Shown: positions 25,988-40,795, counted from the first letter of the stretch. The stretch: 64,000 bases of DNA from the human T2T-CHM13v2.0 reference genome, Homo sapiens (GCF_009914755.1 NC_060938.1), one strand, 5' to 3'. Notes: generated by a model from the sequence alone, not told the origin. Numbers and translations are program-made.

Positions 25988-26396
25988 AGTTGTTTTCAAA
26001 CAGTGTGGCCCAGGAATCCTGGGGGATCCCTGAGTGTCCTTTCAGGGACTCTGCAGTGTCTGAACTATTTTCATAGGAGTCCTAAAACGTGATCTGCCTT
26101 GTTCACTCTCACGCTCTCACAGGCATCCAGTGGAGTCTTCCAGAGGCGACATGACACGTGACGATGCTGTCACTGTGTGTGTATTCTCTAGTTTAAAATT
26201 TGTTTTATTTTTCTTGTAAATCTTTTTTACTGGGCTACCTCTTAAACCACAATAGGTTCAGAGAGACAACCTTTTTAATTTCTAAAATGGCAAATATCAT
26301 TAGTGGTATGAATATTACTGGTTATAACCTGAATAACAGCCTTTGGGGGCTCTCAGTGTAAGGAATTCCTGAGATCAAAAAAATTGAGAACCACTG
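25988..26396 (+). mobile_element. hAT-Charlie DNA transposon relic
   Basis: cagttgttttcaaa... / ...ttgagaaccactg terminal inverted repeats. Confidence 0.6.
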
Positions 26397-26412
26397 CTCT
26401 ACACCCTTGCTA

Positions 26413-26719
26413 TTTTTTTTTTTTTTTTTTTTTTTGAGACGGAGTCACTCTGTCATGCAGGCTGGAGTGCAGTGGCTCAATCTCGGCTCACTACAACCTC
26501 CGCCTCCGCCTCCCGGGTTCAAGTGATTCTCCGCCTCAGCCCCCTGAGTAGCTGGGATTACAGGTGCATGCCGGCATGCCCAGCTAATTTTTCATATTTT
26601 TAGTAGAGACGGGGTTTCACACTGTTAGCCAGGATGGTCTCAATCTCCTGACCTCGTGATCCACCCGCCTTGGCCTCCCAAAGTGCTGGGATTACAGGTG
26701 TGAGCCACCGTGCCAGGCC
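26413..26719 (-). mobile_element. Alu (Sc-like) inserted into the tail of the adjacent AluJ
   Basis: tgttagccaggatggtctcaatctcctgacctcgtgatcc diagnostic text. Confidence 0.9.
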
Positions 26720-27017
26720 TTTTTTTTTTTTTTTTTTTTTTTGAGATGGGGTCTCACTCTGTCACTAGGGCTGGAGTGCAGTAGCACAATCACAGCTCAC
26801 TGAAGCCTTAACCACTCAGGCTCCAGTGATCCTCCCACCTCAGCCTCCCAAGTAGCTGTAACCAGAGGTGCACACCGCTCTGCCTGGCTAATTTTTTCAG
26901 AGATGAGTTCTCACCATGTTGCCCCCAGGCTGGTCTCAAACTCCTGGGCTCAAACCATCCTCCCACCTCGGCTTCCCAAAGTGCTGGGATTACAGTTGTG
27001 AGCCACCGCACCCAGCC
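26720..27017 (-). mobile_element. Alu (J-like)
   Basis: Dimeric Alu; TSD ctacacccttgctattt flanks the whole two-Alu block. Confidence 0.9.
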
Positions 27018-27268
27018 TACACCCTTGCTATTTAAAGTGTGGTCCTGACACCAGCAGCTCCAGCATCACTTGGGAGCTTATTAAAAAGGCAGGAGCTCAG
27101 CCCCCACCCCATGGACTTACTGCATCAGAATTTGTATTTTAACAAAATCCTCAGGTGCTCCATATGCACATAAAGTTTGAGAGGCACCTGAACACCACAG
27201 TACATAAATAAATACTTCATGATTGATTGATAATTGATTAATTGGTAATACTCACATGGATGACTCAC

Positions 27269-27307
27269 AAGAATCTCATGAATTTTAAAGAGCTTTGACT
27301 TCTTGGG
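27269..27307 (-). CDS. DPF3: Candidate alternative cassette exon of DPF3, 39 nt, phase 0-0 (PKKSKLFKIHEIL)
   Basis: ttgtgtctttggtaacttcag|CCCAAGAAGTCAAAGCTCTTTAAAATTCATGAGATTCTT|gtgagt. Matches the phase-0 intron 5, no stop, apparently non-repetitive sequence. Confidence 0.45.
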
Positions 27308-27865
27308 CTGAAGTTACCAAAGACACAATTATTAATTGTTGGGCTCCCCTCACCACTCAGAGAATACCCATTATCAAAATTCCAAGAGTTATTCCCTTTG
27401 CTTGCCCCCTCCTGATAATATCTAGGCAGTATGAAGCACTCAAAACTTACTGATGAAGAAACTGAGGCCCAGGGTACTTATACAATTTGCCCACCATCAC
27501 AGAGGTTACATAATTCATCCAACGTGTAGTAAGTGGTAGAGCTGGAATTTGAACTTGCAAGGTCTAAGTTCAAATAAAGCAGAGCCTATTCTGTAATCCC
27601 TACCTTAGCCCTGGCCTCCTCAGTGAGCACACAAAGCACCTGGGGGCTTGTCAAAGTGCAGACTCTAATTCTCATTAATCTAGTGTGGAGTCTGGGCTTC
27701 TGCATTCCTAATGAGCTCCCAGATGATATTAATGCCACCATCCAGAGACCACACACAGAGGTGTCAAGACTTAGACTGCCTCTAGGTTCTGACAAGACAA
27801 ATGGGCATAGTTGTTCTCCAGTGCCAGCAGCAGCTGGAATATACCACTTTAAATGGTGGGCAATG

Positions 27866-28008
27866 AGCTGGGTATGGTGGCTCATGCCTGTAATCCCAGC
27901 ACTTTGGGAGACCCGGACAAGAGGATCGCTTGAGGCCAGGAGTTCCAGATCAGCCTGAGCAACAGAGTGAGGCCCCCATCTCTAAAACATAATAATTATA
28001 AAAATAAA
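27866..28008 (+). mobile_element. Alu monomer (FLAM-like)
   Basis: Left-arm Alu only, with A-rich tail. Confidence 0.8.
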
Positions 28009-28469
28009 GCTTGGGCAAAACAGCTGAACTGAGGCTGTGAGTGCAGCAGCTTCACACACCCCAGCACAGGAGGCTTGCCCACAGCCTTCTGGGTCCTTCC
28101 ATGGCTCCGTGCATGGGTAACATGTCCACAGTATCACTGTACAACATGGAACCATTCAGCTGCTGCTTGGCCAGTATCTGGTGGGCCCAGAGCCAGTCTA
28201 GGCTCCATCCAGCCCCCTCACTGTGTTCAGGTGTCTCTCATCTCCCCTACAGCTGAAATACGACTTTTCTTTCTCTTTTCCATCATTCAATCATTCATTC
28301 GACAAGCTAATCATTGGCTATATGCTGGGCCCTGGGCCAGGCATGAACTCAGAGGAGAAAGCACAGACCTGTGTTCAAATCTTAGCCTCTTCCTTACTAG
28401 GCTGAGTGACCTTGAACAAATTGCTTAACCCCCCTGGGAGCAATAGTACCAGCTTGTGGAAATGAAAGA

Positions 28470-28785
28470 AGTTCTGACCAATAGAAATACAATGTGAGCC
28501 ACACTCATCATTTTAAAATTTCCAGCAGCACATTTTTTTTAAAAAAATAGATAGGTGCAATTAATTTTAATAATATATTTTATTTAACAATATATCCAAA
28601 ATATGATAGTTTTATAATTTAATATAAAAATTAAGAATGAGATGTTCTGCATTCCTTTTTCATACTAAGTCTTCAAAATTTCATATTTATTTTATATTTA
28701 CAGCACATTTCCATTAGGACTAGACACATTTTGAGGACTCAGTAGCCACATGTGGCCAGCAGCTGCCATAATGCACAGTGCAGAA
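28470..28785 (+). mobile_element. MER33-type DNA transposon relic
   Basis: ccaatagaaatacaatgtgagccac...cagtagccacatgtggccag...cagtgcag. Confidence 0.7.
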
Positions 28786-30659
28786 ATAGAGATAGGAGTC
28801 TAAAGCACCTGGCACAAAGGCATCACTCTCTATGTGGTAGCTCTTGTTATACAGAGCCCATCACATTGCCTGGTTTACAGGAAGTACACAGTAAATATAC
28901 ATGGTTGCACTGACTGCTGATGTTTTCACAGACACCCAATTCATATCCACTGACTGCAAGCTCAATCTTCTAAATGTAGGTTGGGGAGAGGTGTGAAGAG
29001 GACCATTTCCCACACTTGCGTCAGTTTGGTTGGGGTGAGAGAAGGAAAGGAAGTGGGTCTGGACATGCACAGCTCTTTGGGAGTTCACCAAAGGTCCAGG
29101 AAGTCCAAGCTCGAAAGTCTCCTTTAATAATGGAATTCAATTTTCTTTTTAATACCCTCCCCTCCGTGAATGGGTCTAGGCCAGTTTATCAATGGCTGCA
29201 AAAATCATTAAGTAAAAACTTGATGAGGAACTGTATAAGGGAGAGATCAGGCTGACAACACTCAAATCTACTGATCAATTAAAACACCACCCAAAGCAGA
29301 ACTGGACAGGGTATGCCCCTGATGTGATACGAGAAGAACCTATCACCACCTAGGAAGGATTCTTACCTCCCCACAAGAAATGTTTGTACACACATACACA
29401 AACACACACACACACAAGCACACACCTTGAATCTAAGCAAGTTTCTAATCAAACTACCAGTTTTCAGGAAACACAGAGGATGGAGAAAGACATTAAATAC
29501 CACCCTCCCACCACTTCTAGAATGTGAGAAGTTCCACAAGACAAACAACCCAAATTCTTCAACAAATTAATGGCATGGAGAAAAAAAAATGTGTGTGGTG
29601 GGGTGCAATACAGAAGAGAATACAGAAGAGGTATGCTGTGGAATCCCGGAGACTTCAGTTTCAAACAAACCAACTATAAAATGGCATTTTTTGACAAAAG
29701 GGGAAATGATAAGGGACTAGATAGTAGGTATTATAACTATTATTTTATTGGATATGATAATGATATCTGTTAAAGACACACACTGAGATATGTGTCAGTT
29801 AAATGATAAGATGTCTAGAACTTGTTTTCAAATACTCCAGAAAAAAAATCAAACAAACACAAATCAACAAAAAGTAGGAGAAAAGAAGAGACGAGCCAAG
29901 ATAGCCAAAATCTTGCTAAGTGATGAGGCTGGTCCCAGCTGTACCAGAAGTGCACCATCAGAGAGCTGCCCGCCCAGCCCCTGCACAGGCTGCACAGCCC
30001 CACATGCGACAGGCTGGAGCATCTCAGCTCAGTGTGTGCCGCGCTGGCCGATGTGCAGCGGCCGCCTGGGAACTTGCTTCTAATATAGTATAAAGCCCCG
30101 CCCCAGAGCTCCTAAAGCAGAATTTCTGAGTGGGGTCCTGGGAATCTGCATTCAATAAGCTCTCTCAGTGATCCTAATGTCTGCTGAGGCATGAGAACCA
30201 CAAGAGTGGAGAGCCCTGCCATGGTTATCATTGGCAGCAAACCCACAGAATGCCTGGGACTAAGTGCTTATCCGTGGGAGGGGTAAGAGTCCCGCCTAGA
30301 GCCTGAAGGGGTGAGATCCTCAAGCCTGAGAGTCCATTTTCCAGGTGGACAGCAGCAGTTTACTTCTGGAGGTCCCTCTCCACCTGGTTATTGTCACATG
30401 CCCTTGCAGACCCCAGACGGCCACCACAGAAAGCCCCTTCGGGCGTGAACTCTAGATTCAACCTGAATGCCTGGAAGTGCCTGACCAGTCTCTTGTTTTT
30501 ATTCCTTCCACCTGGGTTTTTTCCCCTCTGCCCTTCCCCAGGCTCTGGCTTTTTCCTTGTCCCATCCAAGGACCCCTGGGATGGTCTCAAGCCTCCAGAG
30601 CTCATGCCAAACCCACTGGGAGCCACCAGCTGCAGCCCCCTGCTACCCCGGCAAACTTC

Positions 30660-30896
30660 TTTTTTTTTTTATAGTCATGATTATGGTTTATTTATTTTTT
30701 TTATTATACTTTAAGTTTTAGGGTACATGTGCACAATGTACGGGTTAGTTACATATGCATACATGTGCCATGTTGGTGTGCTGCACCTATTAACTCGTAA
30801 TTTAATATTAGGTATATCTCCTAATGCTATCCCTCCCCCCAGCCCCTATCTCACAACAGGCCCCAGTGTGTGATGTTCCCCTTCCTGTGACCATGT
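30660..30896 (-). mobile_element. Short L1PA 3' end with a double poly(A) tail
   Basis: ttattatactttaagttttagggtacatgtgcac...cttcctgtgaccatgt; two T-tracts separated by 16 unique nt. Confidence 0.88.
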
Positions 30897-31286
30897 ACCC
30901 CAAAAGCAGGTACCCTGACTCTGTCATTCTGGCACAGCACCAGGGACAAGGCAGGAAATGTCCAGCCTTCTTTAGTAACCAAGCAGTGGTGACAACAGGC
31001 ACATTCTCCTTATCTTCCACCCTCACCCTGATCCCATCCTTCAGCCCTCCCCAGACCTCACCACCCACTCAGGGTACCCCCTCTGCCTCCTCTCCTCCCT
31101 CTTGCCAGCTCTGAACTCTTCCAGGCTACGACCTGGGATCAGAGCTGTTCTGGAGTTTTCTCCTTTGAGCGTTCTCCATGTAAGACCATGGCCATGATTT
31201 CCATCTAGCTGCAGTGGAGATCAATCGTTGGCCGGGCACCCCAGCCTCCCTCATCTCTTTCCTCGCTCATGTCATCCCCAACTTAC

Positions 31287-31382
31287 CCGTCCTCTAGTCC
31301 TGTTCTTTCGCTTGGGAATATCCTCTTCCAAATCCTCTTCTTCATTCCCTTCTTCTACATTTTCATCATTTTCCAAAACCCT
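31287..31382 (-). CDS. DPF3: DPF3 coding exon (exon 5; acidic stretch and basic NLS-like motif), 96 nt, phase 0-0
   Basis: Not in the ORF track; read by hand: ttttttttcatttcag|AGGGTTTTGGAA...AGAGGACGG|gtaagt = RVLENDENVEEGNEEEDLEEDIPKRKNRTRGR. Confidence 0.97.
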
Positions 31383-32210
31383 CTGAAATGAAAAAAAAAA
31401 ATAGAAAAGGTGAGAAACGAAATGCAAAGGGAAAAACCATCAGAGAGTAATTTTAAGGGTGTTCTGATTTGTTGTTATTTTTTAACAAAGTGAAGACGCT
31501 GCCTTTGCTTGGGCAGTTGGGCCCTCTGAAATGCTGTCTGGAGTTTGAACTCTTGGCACTACCGAGGCTCTCCTAAGCCCTTGGGCCCCTTCCAGACAAG
31601 TCCTCCCAGAACACTGACCTTTTTCCATTCTTTTTGCCCAAGAAGAGTTTTCTAACAAGAGACTATGCTGGTAGGGGCCCTTTTCTATGTGGGGCCAAAA
31701 TGTTTACTTTTGTAAATGTAATGTTTCTTTTTGCTCCCAAAGGGCCACCTCAGAAATATGAAAATGTTTCTCCTTTCCCTGCCATTCTGGAACCCTGCCC
31801 TGTCTGATGAAAGCAAGTAACTTCCTGTTCATCTGACCAGATTTAACACGAATGTGCTGTTCATAATAAGCCACTGCTTTTTTTTCTTTTTTTTTTTTTT
31901 AAGAAAAATAGACTTTCATTTAGTACCCGACTTGTCATGGAGCTTAAAGATAATGAATTTTAAATTATCTCTCTCCAGCAGCCCGCCAGTCACATTGCAA
32001 CATAGAATCCAATTTCCATTTTGCAGGTGAATACGCTGAGGCTGAAAACAGTTTTGAGTGCTCCAGATCATCCAGTGAAGCCATGACCAAAGCAAGGTCA
32101 GGTTCATCGGCTCAGGGTTCCCCATTCATTTCTCAGCACAGTGGCTGAGAATTCCAGATGTAATCTGGCATACTCTCCATGTAGGGGCCTAAGCACGTCA
32201 CTCCCTTTAG

Positions 32211-32670
<460 letters not shown>

Positions 32671-32759
32671 ACCTGGGGGGTTCTTTATGGGCTCACTGTG
32701 TGATCTAGGGCAAGTCATCATCTCTTCATCCTTCAGTTTCCCCAATTATACAATAGGAA

Positions 32760-33260
32760 TTCATTCATTCCATCTACAAACATTTATCTAGTGCTGACTA
32801 CGTGGCAGGCTCCATGCTAGGCAAGCTGCAAAATGGCTACAGTCCCAGCCCCAAATGGACTTTCCAGTCTAGGAAAGGGAGAACAGATTTAAACAATGTG
32901 CATATGTCACCATATAATTACAACTCTTCTCAAAACAGTGGTAGCCAAGTTCAAAGTGCTATGAGAGGGTGTTAGGAGGGAGTTTTCCCTAATCCAAGGG
33001 CCAGGGGAGGCCTACATGAGAACATGAGCTGAGAAGTTGAGATGTGGAGGATGAGCAAAGACTGGCCTTGTGAATGAGGACAGAGGGGAGGGAGGGAAAA
33101 GGTTCTAGGCAGAGGAAACAGCATAAGCAAACTCCCTGAGGCAGGGAGAGGAACACGGCTTGTCCAAGGAGCAGAAAGGCCAGTGTGACCAGTGCTTAGT
33201 GGCTCAAGGAGAGATGGCATAAGATGGAGCTAGTAAGGGGAACAAGTACCATACTACACA
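32760..33260 (-). mobile_element. L2 fragment
   Basis: tcattcattc...aaacatttat...aggttctaggcagaggaaacagcataagcaaa L2 3'-region text. Confidence 0.6.
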
Positions 33261-34949
33261 GGGTAACCCCATCTCCTCTTCCTTGTGGTGATGGGTCAAA
33301 GATCACAAATATGTTGAGAAGGCTGAGACAGTGGCACACACTGCACTGTTGTCTGATAACCATCGCTGTTTAAGCCGCCTCCTGGATGACACCTCTGGCC
33401 TGTCCTCAAAGCAGGAAGCCCGGGGTGAGCCACCAGGCAGTGATCTTCCACCACTGCCCCTGGCTAGAATGTTCTGCTCTAAATCACAGGGATCAGGACA
33501 CTTCTAGTCACCCAATCCATCCAAAGAACTCAAAACAGGTCTAGTAAATTCTTCTTTGCCTTTTCTACTAGGTTTATTTGGGAATCCACCAGCTGACAGC
33601 ACTTAAAGGGTCTCTGAGCCAGCCTTAACCATCTAACAGAGAAGAAGCATTGTCTGCTGGACATGACCTCTGGCCCATAACTAGGAAACGTCAGCCCCCA
33701 TTCACAGTATAAGTCTCTTGAGTTCCTGACCTGTAGGTGGGAACACTAGCAAAAGCCGACTGAGACAGTGACAGGTCAAATGCTCTGCAGCCTTTGGGGC
33801 AAAGACATAGTATAAATATAAGGTCTGGTTATGACTGTTGTTGCTGTTCGTAGAACCATCTTGCAAACTTTCCAGGTCTTGAAGTCACTTAATCATGGTA
33901 AGTTCCAAGTGCCTCGAATTTAAAGGTCATAGCCTCTGGCATCTCAGTACAACTCCGACTCTCATTTTTCATTATAAGGGTATTTATTACCCGCAATATG
34001 GACTCTGGGTTGGAAGGTGAAAGACTGGTAGAGGCAGCTGAGCTAGTCCCCAGAGTGTCACATGGCCTCCATATCTGGGAGTAAACTGACTTCTCTTCTC
34101 CCTGAGGCTCCATCCTCCCTCTGCCCATCAGCTTCCCTGTGACTCTAAAGCCTCTGTCTATGCCCTGGGCCTCAGATGTGATGGCGGCAGACCCAGTGTG
34201 TCTGCATTTCCTGCGATGCGGCCCTGACACCAGAAGCCTCTCGACATAATTCAGGAGGAGCCAGGAGTTTCTAACAAACAAAGCTTGTTTCAGACCTCAG
34301 GAAGCGGAGGGGGAGTCCTGCATCAGGAGTCGCTGACGGGGGTGGGGTGTCCAACTACAAAGTCAGCTGACCCCCCAGTAACAGACATGCATTCCTTGTC
34401 CAAGGACATTATCTGGAAAATAAACACATTTTAAAATAACTTTTCTCCCTGTTACTCTAAACAGTCTTTATGGTGATAACAGCGGTTTGTGGTTGTGTTT
34501 AAAAAAAAAAAATCCTTTTTAAAGACTACATTATCTCTGGCCTGGAATACTGCAAAAATCTCCTGATTTCCCTCCTGCCATTGCTGGCCCCACATCCAAT
34601 CTCCTCTCCATGCAGCAGGCAACAGGATCTTTATGAAATACAAATTCACGGCCCTGATCAAAATCTTCCAAATGGCTTCCTTCTTTATATCACATGGAAC
34701 CAAAAGCCACTTCCCTGTCCTGTGGGAACTAGGTGGTCTGGTCTCGGCCCACCTGTCAAACTCCTGGGCTCTTTTTTCCCTGGCACAATACTCCGGCCAC
34801 ACAGGTCTTCTGTTCTCTCAACAAAACCAGCTCTGACCTGTCTTGGGGCCATCACACCCACTGCTCCTCTGCCCAGAAAGCTCTTCCCCAGGACCATCAC
34901 TTTCCTGACTCTTCTCATCCCATAGGGTTGAGGTTAAATCCCTCAACTC

Positions 34950-35249
<300 letters not shown>

Positions 35250-36561
35250 TCATCTTCCTCAGGAACTCTACTCTGATGCTGAATCTTCATACTGTTTGTT
35301 CTCATGGATTTTATCCTAAAATGCACTTATTTTATTTGTATTCCTTGTTTCCTGCCTGTGTGTCACATTCGAATATGAGTAGAGAGGATAGGTATCTCTT
35401 GGTCTCTGTGTCCCTAGCACCCAGCACAGTGCCTGCACAGAGGAAGCCCTCATGAAACTTTGGTCAAATGAATGAATGAATGAAAAAGCATAATCCATTC
35501 GCTACATGTGTATTTTAATAATGCAAAGTCAATAAAAACACGTAAACTCATTTGACTTATGGTCCTGGCTTTGTCTTCTAGCACAGTAGACAGCAGACCC
35601 ATGCGCTGCACTCAGCAGACCTTCAGTTTACATAGGAGATGATGGTGACATGATGACGACAATACAGCACCAGCCCAGTGCTGCATGAGAAGAACTCAAG
35701 CCCACCACCAGCTTTAAAGGGAAAGGGACCCACATACCCAGAGCATCAAGGCTCTGGGCAGTGGCTCTGCCCCATGCATTGATTCTGTCAAATTACATGA
35801 ACTAAGCAAAAAAATACTCTAGCAAGTAACACAGAGATGACAGACCTTGACTTCAAAATCTGAAAGTCACATACACACACACAAGGAAGAAAGCAGTAGG
35901 TGGCTTAAACACCAAAGGCAAGAAGAGATCCCTCTGGCTGGAGGGGAGATCAAGAAAGGCTTGATGGGGAAGGTGGCACTGGGGTTGAGTCTAAAAGATG
36001 AGTGAGATTTGTACACATGGAGATGGAAGAAAAGGCATGCCAGATAAAGGGCACAGCGGGACCAATGGCATGGAGGGAAGAAGGCTGAAGAACAGAGCGG
36101 CGAAAGGAGTAGTGGAAAATAAGCCTGAAAACTAGGTTAGGAATGGAGAGGACACGCCCAGGAAGGTCACGCTCATCCTTTTCGATTTATTTAGTGGGAA
36201 ACAACAGTTTTTTAGCAGAGTTTTGCTCTAGAACAAAAGGACAGCTAGCAAAGTAGGACATGTCAGAGACGGGAAGAACTGGGGACAGGGCGATTCCTGG
36301 AATCTGTTCCCTCATGTGTCCATTCAACAAATATTTATGTTGCACCTGGTAAGCACCAAGCACTGTTTGGGTGCTTATGAGATATAAGCAAGCAAAACTG
36401 GCAACGGATCCTGCCCTCGAGGAGTTTACATTCTACTGGAAGAAAACAGACAATAAACAATAACATAATAAGTAAGTAAATTAGAAAGTACATTAGATGA
36501 TGATAAGAGTGATGGAAAAGAACAAGAAAAGCAGAGTGGAATCGGGAGGCAGGGGCAGTCA

Positions 36562-36945
<384 letters not shown>

Positions 36946-37214
36946 ATGAAGAAGGTGAGGGTGAGAGACAAGTGTACATCTGGGGAAATGGCCAGGGCAA
37001 AGGCCTGAGGTCTGGGACAGGCCTGGCATGTTCTGGGAGGAACAGAAGGAGATTCTTGTGCCTGGAGTGGAGTGGGTGAGGAAAAGAGGAAGAGTGGAGT
37101 CAGAGAGGGGTGAGAAGGCCCTGAATTTCACTCTCAGATAGCAGGGGCGGTAGCGGGTTCTGAGCACAGAAATGATAAGAATAGACTTAAATTTTAAAAA
37201 GCTCCCTCTCCTGT

Positions 37215-37735
37215 GGTGTATCTAGACAACAGAATATTATTCAGCATTAAAAAGAAATGAGCTATCTGGCCATGAAAAGACATGAAGGAACCTTAAATGA
37301 ATGTTACTAAATCAGAGAAGCCAATCTGAAAAGGCAACATACTGTGAGTCCAAGTATATGACATCCTGGAAGAGGCAAAACTATGGAGACGGGGAAACGG
37401 CCAGTGGTTGCCAGGCATTAGGACGGAGGGAGGGATGAACAGGTGGAGCTCAGAGGATTTTTAGGGCAGTGAAACTTCTGTATGATACCGTAAGAGTGGA
37501 CAGATGCCATTACACATTTGTTCAAACCCATTGAATGCGCAACGCCAAGAGTGAACCGTCATGCAGACTTTGAACATTGGGTGATAATGATGAGTCAGTG
37601 CAGCTCATCTATTATAGCAAATGCACCACTCTAGTGGAGGATGTTGATCATGGGGGAGGCTATACCAGGGGTACACAGGAAATCTCTGTACCATCCTCTT
37701 CATTTTGCTGTGAACCTAAAACTGCTGTTAAAAAA
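37215..37735 (+). mobile_element. L1M-type 3'UTR fragment
   Basis: gaatattattcagcattaaaaagaaatgagcta...ggcaaaactatggagac...ttttgctgtgaacctaaaactgct. Confidence 0.8.
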
Positions 37736-38259
37736 TATTTTTTTTTAAAGACTGCCCCTCAAGCACTATCAGGGAGACCACTGAGAAGACAACCGCAGCA
37801 GTTCACACAAAAGATGAGAGCAGCTTGGGCCAGGGTAGCAGTGGTGGGTGCGGGGAGAGGGGATGCGGGAGAACTGGGCTTATGTTGAAGGCACAGTCGA
37901 CAAGGCTCCTGATGAGCAGGATGTCAGGTGTGAGAGACAAGCAGGAGTCAAATATGACCCCAAGGTCCCTTAGACAAATAAAGGTGACAGTTAATGAGGA
38001 TCTTCACTAGGGCTGCAGCTCGTGGAAAAGAGAGGAGGGAACAAACACAAGCCATGTTGTGGCAACTCAATGGAAAAGATTTGACAATTCATCTTAACAC
38101 GGGAATGGCGGAGAAGAAGGCCAAATTCTGTGATTCATTCAATGCCTTTATCGAGACTCAACTCTACCCAGCTTGGGAAAGGCCCCGGGGACACTGGTGA
38201 GCATGACCGCATTGGCCCTGGCTATCGATGGAACTTACCAAGCCAACCAGCAATGTATT

Positions 38260-38460
38260 ATTCCATTATTATTAATTTAATTGTAGTTTTAATAAATTAA
38301 TATATAAATTAATAAATTTATTGAATATTAAATATGCACAATAGGTATAGCATAAAATATAAACATTTAATATGTAATATAAATTTAATAGAAATACAAT
38401 TTAATTTTAATAATTTAATATTAACTACCAATGCTATTATTTCATAATAGGATCAATTCA
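38260..38460. repeat. AT-rich low-complexity tract
   Basis: Almost exclusively A/T (attaatttaa, taataaattaatatataaatt...). Confidence 0.85.
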
Positions 38461-38540
38461 TATTACAATACTCAATGGCAAACATTGTATTAGACAATGA
38501 GGATTCCAGACAAATAACAAATAAGAGATGGTAGGTGTGA

Positions 38541-38878
<338 letters not shown>

Positions 38879-39460
38879 CTATTCAGTGAGAGTTTTAGAA
38901 GTGGCATGGATAGAGGGTAGTGGACCCATGGGGACAGAGCAGCCATCCGCCTGAAGGGTGAGGACGGCATGGGCTTGAGGGATGGCTGGGCACTGCTGGG
39001 AAACGGAGTGTGCAGTCATGGGGACCGGTGAGGCTGGGTGTGAGGGTGGGGGGTGGGCAAGCCGGACTCACGTGGCCGTAGCTGGAGCAGACGCTCCCAC
39101 GTTTCAAGCCTAGACAATGGACTCTTGGTTCCATGGGGACAAGGATTCAGACTGTTTTGTCCACTCTGTGTCCCTGGGACCCTGCACAGTCCCTGTGTTC
39201 ACTAGGCTCAACAAATTCACTTTGCATAGACAGACAGAAGAGAGGGAAGGGAACCGAGGTGAAGGCAATAATGACTCCTTCGGAAGATAGGTTAAGTCAG
39301 AAAAGAATTTGGGAGCTTCCTGGCCACCATAGAAACAAGGCAGTCTGAGACTGAGCCCCGGCCCTTGAGGGGAGGATCTGGAGCCAAGCCGGTGCTGGAG
39401 TTCTGGAAGCGCTATGGTGACAGGAACACTCTGTGGGGTCCCCAGCAGGTGCGGGAATAC

Positions 39461-39588
39461 CTGTATTTCCTGGATGCTTTCCTCCTCCCTGGCATCCACC
39501 TTCTTCTCAACCCCCTCGCCACGGAGCAAGGCTTCCAGCGTGGTGCTCTCTGAGGTGAACCCATCCTTCTTCAGGGGAAGCTCCACTT
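39461..39588 (-). CDS. DPF3: DPF3 coding exon (exon 4), 128 nt, phase 1-0
   Basis: tttgtttttcag|AAGTGGAGCTT...GAAATACAG|gtattc. Encodes (E)VELPLKKDGFTSESTTLEALLRGEGVEKKVDAREEESIQEIQ (ORF 39110..39586); phase continues from exon 3. Confidence 0.97.
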
Positions 39589-40303
39589 CTGAAAAACAAA
39601 GATAGAAAGGCAGGTCAGGCCACTAGAAGCAGGCAGGGCAGGAGGGACAGTCCTGGAGGACACGCAGGGCCCAGGGCTCCTGAGGAGGACTCGGGGCCTG
39701 TGCTCTCTCCTCCTGGAGGGAGAGGAACACTGGAGCCCTGTCCAGCTTTTCCATCTCCATTTCATAATCCAGAGACAGATTCCGACCATGCCCACACCCC
39801 CAGAGGAAGCTGAGCCAGAGCAGAAAGGGTGCGGGGTGGATGTGGGCTCACACGGCCATGCTTCTGCCTCTCCAGCCATGACATCGGACAAGGCAGGCGT
39901 CAGGAGCGTGGAGCCCTTATTGCATCCACAAAGCAGGGGTAACAATACCCAACCCCACAGGTGGTTTTGTAAGGGGACATGTGTTCATTTGCGGGAAAGT
40001 GTTTCAAAAACTCAAGCAATGCACAATGCTGGCAACCAAGTATGCTCATTCCCTCCTATCCCAGCTCTTGTCTGTCAACCCCATGACCTCCTCATGGCCA
40101 TGCTGGCTGCCCAGCTCTGCTTTCCTCCATGAAAAGCTAGTTCAGCCTCAGAAAGGTTGTTCTCTTCAACCCAGGGGGAAGTGAGAGCTTCAAAAGCCAC
40201 GGGAAGAGGAGCGACGGCGAATGCCTCACAAGCCCCGGATGAGCAGAGTGGCCACTGCACAGCCACGCCATGACCTTTTTTTCTGAAGGTATCAGGAGTT
40301 TGA

Positions 40304-40795
<492 letters not shown>

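Noticed and set aside
30030-30110. CpG cluster with NotI site, TATAAA and GC box, promoter-like
   Set aside because: The GC box and downstream text belong to a MER5-type relic, and the patch is under 100 bp.
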